64,000 nucleotides of DNA from Rhodanobacteraceae bacterium (GTDB taxonomy: Bacteria > Pseudomonadota > Gammaproteobacteria > Xanthomonadales > SZUA-5): NCBI GenBank assembly GCA_031425695.1, contig JANPJV010000314.1:2293-66292 (forward strand), written 5' to 3'. Shown piece after piece: positions 17,576-24,274 of the stretch. Below the pieces are notes generated by a model that was not told where the DNA came from, did no database searches, and saw only the letters and a list, made by a program, of their open reading frames with translations. Each line of letters starts with the position of its first letter. Within the stretch, counting starts at the first letter, position 1. Both the position numbers and the translations under genes were made by a program.

Positions 17576-18042
17576 CGGAAGGTCCCGCCCCCGCACAGCG
17601 TGGCCGCGTCGGCGTAGTCCAGGCGCACTGGCCGGAACTCCTTCCAGGACGCAGCTGCCGGCGTGTAGCGGATGACGCTGGTGTAGAGCAACGGGCCGGC
17701 AAAGTCGCACACGGCAAAGGGGCTGAGCTCACCCCAGGGCGAGGGCGCGGTCGGCGGTCCGCCCAGTTCAGCACCGGCGCGCGACAGCGGGATCGGCACG
17801 CCATAGATCAAAGGCGTTTCTGCCGAGACTCCGGCGCTGCCGAAGGTGCACAGGGCGACCACAGCGGCTTCGCCTCCGGACTTGGTGATGCGCAGGCTGC
17901 AGCGATCACCTTCTGCTGTCTGCCACGCGCCCGACCAGAGCGAGGTGAGCGGCACATCCTTTGCGGCGACGGGCGAGGCGCAGGCAAACGTGAGGCACAG
18001 CATTGCGACGAACGCCACAGCGTGGCGAAGCGACCTATTCAT
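17572..18042 (-). CDS. secreted protein with signal peptide, unknown function
   Basis: 156 aa from ATG 18042. MNRSLRHAVAFVAMLCLTFACASPVAAKD is a signal peptide, followed by a Cys-containing mature domain. Confidence 0.6.
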   Translation of the reverse strand: MNRSLRHAVAFVAMLCLTFACASPVAAKDVPLTSLWSGAWQTAEGDRCSLRITKSGGEAAVVALCTFGSAGVSAETPLIYGVPIPLSRAGAELGGPPTAPSPWGELSPFAVCDFAGPLLYTSVIRYTPAAASWKEFRPVRLDYADAATLCGGGTFR

Positions 18043-18625
18043 GGACGGGCTCCAGGGGAAGTTCAGGGGTGGCGTAGCGCTCGACTTCGCAGCGTTCCGC
18101 CGCGAGGCGTTCGAGGGCAACGGTGATGGCGGCGTGGGTGTCGGCGGCGGCGGCACGGCCGTCGTAGAACTGCAGGAGCGCACCCACAGCCGCGGTGCAC
18201 GCTTCCTGCAAGGCATGGATGTCGCTGGGACGCGCGCGGCGCCCTGACGGCAGATCGACCAGCAACTGGTGCGCGCTGGCTGCGATGTAACGGGTGACGT
18301 AGGTGCAGCCACAGGCGTGCTCGTAAGGCCGAATCATTCGGGCCGGGATCGAGCCCTCGTTGATCCACTTGTAAATGACCCAGTGGCTGGGCAAGCCCAT
18401 CAGGTCGGCGATGCGTTCAACGCTGAGGTTCCGGGTGTCCAGCGCGAACTTGAGGCACAGCTCCATCGCGGCTGGCAAAGAGTTCGCGCGCTCGGCTTTC
18501 CAATTTCGGCGCAGCTTTGGAGCGGCCTTTTTCTTGGCCTCTCCAATCGCGGCTGGTTTCTGCCCTTGCGAACTAAGTTCGCCAGGGCCGAAACTCTCGC
18601 CACCTTTGAGCGGGCGAGACGTCAT
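18035..18625 (-). CDS. putative HTH regulatory protein
   Basis: 196 aa with a basic N-terminus and the HTH-like LSVERIADLMGLPSHWVIYKWINEG. Confidence 0.65.
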   Translation of the reverse strand: MTSRPLKGGESFGPGELSSQGQKPAAIGEAKKKAAPKLRRNWKAERANSLPAAMELCLKFALDTRNLSVERIADLMGLPSHWVIYKWINEGSIPARMIRPYEHACGCTYVTRYIAASAHQLLVDLPSGRRARPSDIHALQEACTAAVGALLQFYDGRAAAADTHAAITVALERLAAERCEVERYATPELPLEPVHE

Positions 18626-18953
18626 GCCGAAAACTGCCGACGATTCATCTGACCGGAAAAAAGCTTCTGGGCAAGCGTCTCGCGTTCGACGCCCCGCCAG
18701 CCATGAATCCTTGCCAGCGCGCGGCAGTCAGCAAACGACGATAGAAGACCTCGATCTGGAGTCCGCCTCGATCCAGCGCGTGCTCTTCGCGCTGGTTCCG
18801 CAGCTTGTTTGGAACCTGCCGCCACTCCAGCGCGAGCGGGCAATGAACTCATTGAACGTGTACGCGAAACAGGCTGCGCTGGGCGAGCAACAGGCTCGGA
18901 CCTATTACCTAGAGAAAGGCCTTTACGAACACTTGCGGGATCTCGCGCCATGA
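18624..18953 (+). CDS. hypothetical protein, strand uncertain (antisense to the early operon)
   Basis: 109 aa from ATG 18624 (MPKTADDSSDRKK...YLEKGLYEHLRDLAP). By hand count, codon-position GC is about two-thirds at positions 1 and 3 and under half at position 2 in this frame. In the competing minus ORF 18622..18951, the under-half positions are the third codon positions. Confidence 0.35.
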   Translation: MPKTADDSSDRKKASGQASRVRRPASHESLPARGSQQTTIEDLDLESASIQRVLFALVPQLVWNLPPLQRERAMNSLNVYAKQAALGEQQARTYYLEKGLYEHLRDLAP

Positions 18954-18954
18954 C

Positions 18955-19245
18955 TCAGCGCACCGCCCTGATGCGCGAGCCAGTGCCGGGTCTGCGATGG
19001 CGCCAGCCGTGCGCCAGATCCCGCAGCAGCGCGAAAGCCAAGATCGGCATACCGAGGAAGATCGCCATCAGCGTGATGGAGATCAGGTACGCGCACAGTG
19101 CGCGGAGGCCGGCGTACACGCAAACCTCGACGGTCTGCGCTTCGATGATCAGCAGGACGATGGGCAGGGCCAGAACGGCCACGCCGACGCTGACGAGGAT
19201 TGCCATCAGCGCCAGGAAGAAGGATTTCAGGGTCAGTTGGTACAC
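18955..19245 (-). CDS. small polytopic membrane protein
   Basis: About 96 aa from GTG 19245 (GGAG 8 nt upstream); the track ORF starts at 19290. Three hydrophobic helices (FFLALMAILVSVGVAVLALPIVLLII, LCAYLISITLMAIFLGMPILAFALL). Confidence 0.55.
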   Translation of the reverse strand: MYQLTLKSFFLALMAILVSVGVAVLALPIVLLIIEAQTVEVCVYAGLRALCAYLISITLMAIFLGMPILAFALLRDLAHGWRHRRPGTGSRIRAVR

Positions 19246-19270
19246 GGGTGTTGCTCCGGTTGGGGGAGGG

Positions 19271-19564
19271 TCAGGCGGCTTTCGCCGCAAGGCGGGCTTC
19301 GAGGGCTTTCACGCGAGCGGAAAGCTCTGCAACGTTCAGTGGGCGCTTGCGGCGCCGGGCTTCTGGGCCGTGCCAATGCGGCCAGATTTCAGCCAGGCTG
19401 AGCCCGAGGAGAGTGGCGATCTTTTCCTCGATCTGACGGCTCCGACCCACGCTATGGATGACCGCACTCACCGTCTGGCGGTGTGCGACTTGGCACATTC
19501 GTGCGACATCGGCCTGGGTCAGACCGGCGCGTTCCAGCGCGTACTTAATGTCTATCGGGCTCAT
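19271..19564 (-). CDS. ner: Ner-family DNA-binding protein (first gene of the leftward early operon)
   Basis: 97 aa. DIKYALERAGLTQADVARMCQVAHRQTVSAVIHSVGRSRQIEEKIATLLGLSLAEIWPHWH matches the Mu Ner pattern (the ..IWPSRY-type ending). Confidence 0.75.
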   Translation of the reverse strand: MSPIDIKYALERAGLTQADVARMCQVAHRQTVSAVIHSVGRSRQIEEKIATLLGLSLAEIWPHWHGPEARRRKRPLNVAELSARVKALEARLAAKAA

Positions 19565-19655
19565 AGGCGTCTATGTTGGCGTGTGACACTGCAATGCGCT
19601 TTCGCAATGTGCCAAAGCATACGCCGTCGATGGCGCGTGGTGTCAAGGTGTTTGT
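19565..19655. promoter_or_regulatory. divergent promoter/operator region of the immunity switch
   Basis: 91-bp gap between the divergent Ner-family genes. Direct repeats GCAATG at 19591-19596 and 19604-19609. Inverted TGACAC (19584-19589) / GTGTCA (19640-19645). Leftward TTGACA (complement of 19641-19646) with TATGCT (complement of 19616-21). Confidence 0.45.
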
Positions 19656-20078
19656 ATGCACCCCGCTGACATTGCGGCCGCGCTAAAGAGGAAGAAGGTC
19701 ACTCAGGCCGAGGTTGCGGCGGCCTGCGGGGTGGTTCGCGGCGTCGCCAACGCAGTGGTACGGGGCGTTGGGCGGTCGAAGAAAGTCGAGGCCGAAATCT
19801 CGAACGTGACCGGCATACCACTCGAAGAGCTATGGCCGCAGTGGTATCCACCCGCCTCGGCCAAGGGCAATACCGTGTCTGTGCGAGGGGATCGCAACGT
19901 TACTGCTGGAGGCAAAATCGGCCATGTGGTTGATCCACAAACCAGAGACGCGTTCGCGCTATTCGTTTCGGGGCTAACACCCACCGAAGAGCGCTTGATC
20001 AGGCTCTATCGGGCGCTTGAGCCTGGGCAGCAAGAAGAAGTTGAACAGTTCATGCGGAAGAAACTCGCAGGCAACTAA
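19656..20078 (+). CDS. Ner-family HTH protein with C-terminal extension (candidate lysogeny repressor)
   Basis: 140 aa. The N-terminus HPADIAAALKRKKVTQAEVAAACGVVRGVANAVVRGVGRSKKVEAEISNVTGIPLEELWPQWY is paralogous to the ner-like gene on the opposite strand. An extra ~75-aa C-terminal domain follows. Confidence 0.7.
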   Translation: MHPADIAAALKRKKVTQAEVAAACGVVRGVANAVVRGVGRSKKVEAEISNVTGIPLEELWPQWYPPASAKGNTVSVRGDRNVTAGGKIGHVVDPQTRDAFALFVSGLTPTEERLIRLYRALEPGQQEEVEQFMRKKLAGN

Positions 20079-20095
20079 CCAACCTTGGAGTCGTT

Positions 20096-20485
20096 ATGTC
20101 AGCCAAGTACAAGCCGTTTGACCACATCGTTCATCCGCAATTTGTGCCTGGCTGGGTCGGCATGGCTGGATTCGTAAGCGGCATCCTCGCCTTGATTGGT
20201 GCCCTCGGCGTGGTCGCTGGTGGCATCCTGATGCTGGTCGCCTTTTCTACCGATCCGGGCACGACGTTCAGCCCGAAGCCGCCACCAGTCTTGTCGGCGA
20301 TGGGCGCCACCTATCTCATCGGCATGTCGCTTTCGATCTTCGCGCTGGCGTCGATCGTTGACAACCTCGCCGCATGCCGACTGCACCTGCTGGAGCTGGT
20401 CACATTGAAGGCTGTGGAGCAGGGAGTGCCACCGAATGTCGAGCCCGATGTGCAGACCTACGTGGGTCCGAGCACTGGTGCATAG
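20096..20485 (+). CDS. membrane protein (2 TM), accessory operon gene 1
   Basis: 129 aa with GGAG 8 nt upstream, starting 18 nt after the repressor-like gene. TM helices GMAGFVSGILALIGALGVVAGGILMLVAF and ATYLIGMSLSIFALASIV. Confidence 0.65.
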   Translation: MSAKYKPFDHIVHPQFVPGWVGMAGFVSGILALIGALGVVAGGILMLVAFSTDPGTTFSPKPPPVLSAMGATYLIGMSLSIFALASIVDNLAACRLHLLELVTLKAVEQGVPPNVEPDVQTYVGPSTGA

Positions 20486-20663
20486 AGGGGTGCGCCGCCC
20501 GGCACAGCTTTGCCACATCGAAACCCCCGTGGCCGGGCCTCTTGCGAGATCGATGCTTCCGGGCGGCGCAGGGTCATTCTCAGCCCGTGAGACTGACCCT
20601 GTCTATCAGTGAACAGCGCGAGCTGGCGTAGGAAATTTCCGACAACCCAACCCGAGGAACTCC

Positions 20664-21035
20664 ATGAACATCGACGTCATTGGAAACGGCAACAACACCG
20701 CTGGACGCGACCTGACGATCGTCCACATCACCCGCGACAATCTCAAGCTCTCCTGGGAAGCCCGCGTCACCGAGCACCTGCGCCCGCTCCAAATGCCGAT
20801 GCTGCTGTCGCTCCTCGGCCTTGTGTCCTGGGGCGCGGCCATGATGGGCGCGAACTACCTTGCAACCTACTACCGGGTGATGCCGCTTTTCGAGGATGCC
20901 GCTGTCGCCATCTATGGCATTGCCGGGTTCGGCTTTACCGCGTTTGCGATGTACACGCGGCGCAGGGCGGAGAAGGCATGCAGTGATGCGGGCGGCATCG
21001 CGCCAGGTGGGACATTTGGCGCCTCGGCGACATAA
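20664..21035 (+). CDS. membrane protein (2 TM) with N-terminal IDVIGNGNNTAGRDL motif, accessory gene 2
   Basis: 123 aa with a GAGGAA Shine-Dalgarno. The N-terminal motif is shared with ORF 22677 and with the repressor C-terminal domain. Confidence 0.65.
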   Translation: MNIDVIGNGNNTAGRDLTIVHITRDNLKLSWEARVTEHLRPLQMPMLLSLLGLVSWGAAMMGANYLATYYRVMPLFEDAAVAIYGIAGFGFTAFAMYTRRRAEKACSDAGGIAPGGTFGASAT

Positions 21036-21068
21036 CGTCAGGTTCAACCAACACCTACAGGGGGTGTC

Positions 21069-21953
21069 ATGCGACAGATCACAGCTAGCGTAGTGAACAT
21101 CGATGCCCATCCGCACGAGCCAGGCACCTATGGGTCCCTGATGAAGCAGCTCGTTGGCAGGAAGGTAGCTTATCGCGCGGAACGCTCGATGGTCGTGCGA
21201 GGCTTCGATGGCGATGGTCAGATACGCGGCGGAACTATTGTCACGTTCACCGACTTCGACCCAGACGCGCCCTGGTTCGACCCTGAGCTGCTAGACACTG
21301 CGGACGTCCGCGCGACCGAGGCCGCAAGAGCGGCGGTTCAGAAGATCAAGCCTTCCATGCAGGTTTTTCGCGCTGCGCTTGCCGAGATGAACGGCAGCAT
21401 TCACTGCCTCGTAGTCGAGACCAAGAATGAAGAGGGTGAATCGCTTTCGATCTCGCTCGTAGCTGAAGCGCTACGAAAGCTTGCCCTTGGCGTTTTGGGA
21501 GATGCCCCCAAAATGACCGTGAGCTTTTCTGTCCTGTCCAGCAACGACGAGGTGGAAAGACTGCTTTCAAAGCCGAACATTCAGCGCCTGCACGTCATTG
21601 TCTCGATGCCGAACATCGATGATGGGGAGGCCGAGGACAATGCTGTTCAGGAGGAATTGGAAAGGCTTGGCGCGACAAAAGAGGAACGAATCTTGACCGC
21701 CCCCGTCGCAAAGACCGGCGGCATCAAACCAGACGAAGAGTTGAAGAGGCTCGCGCGAGTTGCTTCGCGGCATGGCCGAGTAGAGGTCACCCACGGTTCA
21801 CGCGGCAAGACGAGAATTGAATCGACGTCCGACAAGCCTATTGTCGAGACGGCCAAGCCACATGATAAGGAGCCCTACTCCAGCGCCTTTAAGGGCTTGA
21901 TCAAGCAGTTCATCACTAGGCTCGCGATAGGAAAGAAGTTGGATAGCCAATGA
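21069..21953 (+). CDS. soluble 294-aa protein of unknown function, accessory gene 3
   Basis: AGGGGG Shine-Dalgarno and no TM segments. ATGA overlap with the following membrane protein. GC is visibly lower than in the phage core genes. Confidence 0.7.
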   Translation: MRQITASVVNIDAHPHEPGTYGSLMKQLVGRKVAYRAERSMVVRGFDGDGQIRGGTIVTFTDFDPDAPWFDPELLDTADVRATEAARAAVQKIKPSMQVFRAALAEMNGSIHCLVVETKNEEGESLSISLVAEALRKLALGVLGDAPKMTVSFSVLSSNDEVERLLSKPNIQRLHVIVSMPNIDDGEAEDNAVQEELERLGATKEERILTAPVAKTGGIKPDEELKRLARVASRHGRVEVTHGSRGKTRIESTSDKPIVETAKPHDKEPYSSAFKGLIKQFITRLAIGKKLDSQ

Positions 21954-22606
21954 GCGACAACGGCACCATTGACGTACTCAAGGTTGTTTGGGATATCTCT
22001 GGCGGGTGGCGGCGTATCTCACGCGCTTGGTACACCTGGGCGGCCCTGCTGATCAGCGTTCTCTGTTGGTCTCTCTGGTGGGACGCTGCCTGGTGGGATC
22101 TGTCGCTAGAGATCATCCCTGGAATGCTCGGTTTTTCGCTTGCCGGGTTTGCAATGATGTTGGCGTTTGGAGACGACCGATTCCGTGCCGTCCTTTCAAG
22201 GGCAATGGTGGTGACAGGCGGGGAAGGTACGTCCAAACATTCGGCCTTCATGGGATACGCAAGCATCTTTGTGCACTACTTGGTGGCACAGGTCCTCGGT
22301 CTCTTGCTTGCGATAATCGCCAAGGCCGAGCTGGGAATTCTCCCGCTCGTTGGTGGTACCGGGATATTTCGTTTCGCCATCGGCATTTGTCACTTCGTCG
22401 GTTTCTTCTTCGTCGTGTATTCGATTCTCATGGCCCTCGCAGCAACCCTCGCGGTTTTTCGCATGGCGCGAACCGCCGACAAAATCCAGCGGCTCCCGCC
22501 GCCCAAGCCTGATGCTGTGTCGCCAGAGGGCGAAATGTCCCATCCCGCTTCAGGACCTGTTGTCCCCGCGTCAGCTGCATTAACCCCGCCTGTCACCCGC
22601 GCATAG
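21950..22606 (+). CDS. polytopic membrane protein (about 5 TM), accessory gene 4
   Basis: 218 aa. TM helices include WAALLISVLCWSLWW, IIPGMLGFSLAGFAMMLAF, IFVHYLVAQVLGLLLAIIA and FAIGICHFVGFFFVVYSILMALAATLAVF. Pro-rich C-terminal tail. Confidence 0.7.
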   Translation: MSDNGTIDVLKVVWDISGGWRRISRAWYTWAALLISVLCWSLWWDAAWWDLSLEIIPGMLGFSLAGFAMMLAFGDDRFRAVLSRAMVVTGGEGTSKHSAFMGYASIFVHYLVAQVLGLLLAIIAKAELGILPLVGGTGIFRFAIGICHFVGFFFVVYSILMALAATLAVFRMARTADKIQRLPPPKPDAVSPEGEMSHPASGPVVPASAALTPPVTRA

Positions 22607-22676
22607 TCCCAGAGTCGCCTGGGAATTGCCTTCTCCCCTGGTTGCCATACTCGACTATGGCCGGGGGCGACCAAGC

Positions 22677-22835
22677 ATGAGCGACATTGATATCGAGGGC
22701 AGCAGTAACGCAACTTCTGGGCGCGACCTGGTCGTGGTGGTGATCCATCTGCACTTGAACATCGGCAGCGTCCAGCAGCTGGTGATGACGAATGCTCCGG
22801 CGCCGGAGCCCAAGAAAGCCGAGCCCCCGAAATAG
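22677..22835 (+). CDS. 52-aa protein with IDIEGSSNATSGRDL motif, accessory gene 5
   Basis: ATG 22677 inside track ORF 22626..22835. Sequence: MSDIDIEGSSNATSGRDLVVVVIHLHLNIGSVQQLVMTNAPAPEPKKAEPPK. Confidence 0.45.
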   Translation: MSDIDIEGSSNATSGRDLVVVVIHLHLNIGSVQQLVMTNAPAPEPKKAEPPK

Positions 22836-22836
22836 T

Positions 22837-22888
22837 CTCTTTGACTCACGTCACAAGACCCTAGACAGCCCTCGCTCCTAACCTGCAC
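22837..22888 (+). promoter_or_regulatory. putative Mor/C-dependent late promoter (dyad copy 1) upstream of the lysis cassette
   Basis: CTCTTTGACTCACGTCACAAGACCC...TAACCTGCAC. The dyad TGACTCACGTCA is at 22842-22853 and the -10-like TAACCT at 22879-22884. A near-identical block lies at 34708-34759. Confidence 0.5.
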
Positions 22889-22914
22889 CCGTCAATAGAT
22901 CGTGACGGGGAAGG

Positions 22915-23253
22915 GTGATGGAAACGGAGCGCACCACGGGGCCGGTCGAAGGGCCTATTCCGATGTCGCCGACAGAGGCGACGATCCACGAATTCGCTAC
23001 CGGCTGGCCGGTGCTCGTGCTGTTTCTGCTGTGCCTGATCGTGGTCTGGTGGATCGCGCCGGAGCGCGCGGCCATTGCGATCTGGATCCTCTGCCGCCTG
23101 GCGCTCGGCGCGTTTGCCGGGAACCTTTTCGGCGGCCTTCTTATCCCGATTGGTGACCCGCAGCAGCTTACCGGCCTCGCGCGCGGCAACGCGATCAACG
23201 CGCGAGCGGTCTGCATCGGCTTCGGCATGCTGGCCGCAGGCTGGACTCTGTGA
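22915..23253 (+). CDS. holin-like membrane protein
   Basis: 112 aa with 2-3 TM helices (WPVLVLFLLCLIVVWWI, AIAIWILCRLALGAFAG, AVCIGFGMLAAGW). GTGA overlap with the endolysin start. Confidence 0.6.
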   Translation: MMETERTTGPVEGPIPMSPTEATIHEFATGWPVLVLFLLCLIVVWWIAPERAAIAIWILCRLALGAFAGNLFGGLLIPIGDPQQLTGLARGNAINARAVCIGFGMLAAGWTL

Positions 23254-24017
23254 AGCTGCTAGGTCTCCTGGCGCTCTGCACGCTGCTGTTTCGGCTCAGC
23301 ATCGATCACTGGCCGCGGCTGCGCGACTGGTCTCTCCGCGAGGAGAGCGACGAGATTCTGAACATCGCCTACTGGTGCGACTTCGCCGTGGTGCTGATCC
23401 TGGCGATGATGGTGATCGCGAGCAGTCCCGCCGAGGCCGCCCCAGGTGCGGGCGCGACGCCTCACATTCCCGTGCGCGCGGACGGCTATTCCAAGCTGCT
23501 CGAGCGGGAAGCGGTCGGGCGCTTCGGCCTCAATGCGCCGGTCGCGTTGCTGGCGGCGCAGCTCCATCAGGAGTCGGGCTGGCGCACTGATGCGCAGTCG
23601 CCATACGCGCAAGGCCTCGCGCAGTTCACGCCAGCGACCGCGAAATGGATTCCCGAGGTGTGTGCTGACTTGGGTACACCTAACGTCTGGGACGCGCGCT
23701 GGTCGATCCGTGCGCAAGCCTGCTACATGCGGCACCTGCATGCACAGGTGGCCGACGCGGCGACGCCGTGCGACCGCTGGGCGATGGCGCTCTCCGCGTA
23801 CAACGGTGGCTTGGGGTGGCTCAATCGAGACCGGAAACTGGCGTCGGCTAACGGGGCTGATCGTGCCGTGTGGTTCTCGAATGTCGAGCTTCACTCCAAG
23901 CGCGCGGCGTGGGCCATCGCAGAGAACCGCGGTTATCCACGCCGCATCTTGACCACCCTCGAACCCACCTATCTGGCGGCCGGGTGGCCGGGGAGTCGCA
24001 CGTGCCCGGCTCTGTGA
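23250..24017 (+). CDS. lytic transglycosylase-type endolysin (SLT domain) with N-terminal hydrophobic segments
   Basis: 255 aa with the SLT catalytic region LLAAQLHQESGWRTDAQSPYAQGLAQFTPATAKW and ALSAYNGGLGW. N-terminal TM/signal-anchor-like helices. Confidence 0.8.
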   Translation: MKLLGLLALCTLLFRLSIDHWPRLRDWSLREESDEILNIAYWCDFAVVLILAMMVIASSPAEAAPGAGATPHIPVRADGYSKLLEREAVGRFGLNAPVALLAAQLHQESGWRTDAQSPYAQGLAQFTPATAKWIPEVCADLGTPNVWDARWSIRAQACYMRHLHAQVADAATPCDRWAMALSAYNGGLGWLNRDRKLASANGADRAVWFSNVELHSKRAAWAIAENRGYPRRILTTLEPTYLAAGWPGSRTCPAL

Positions 24018-24274
24018 ACCGTCGCTGGGAATTTCGGCACGAAGGCAACGGCAAGGGCGGACAGAGCCCTGCCGGGGTGAACCCCTGGAGGCCAATCGTC
24101 TCCGCGCCTCGCGACGGTAGCGCTATCGAGGTCAAGGCCGGCATGACGCATCCGAGGGGATTTCTCGTGCGTTGGAACGAAGGCGCCTTCCGCGGCTACC
24201 GCGACGACAAGCCCTACCGCAACGCGTCGGAATGGCGCGAAGCGGCTCACCTTGGCCCTCGGAGGTTGGCGTGA
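24002..24274 (+). CDS. hypothetical protein with WxPIxxAPxDG motif
   Basis: About 90 aa from GTG 24002 (GGGGAG upstream); an alternative GTG is at 24014. Carries WRPIVSAPRDGSAIEV. Confidence 0.45.
   Translation: MPGSVNRRWEFRHEGNGKGGQSPAGVNPWRPIVSAPRDGSAIEVKAGMTHPRGFLVRWNEGAFRGYRDDKPYRNASEWREAAHLGPRRLA

Noticed and set aside
18622-18951. Minus-strand 109-aa ORF that would keep the early operon continuous.
   Set aside because: By hand count, its third codon positions are the AT-richest of the three, the opposite of real genes here, and the product is Arg/Ala/Ser-rich. It is kept only as the alternative to the plus-strand call. The question remains unresolved without conservation data.
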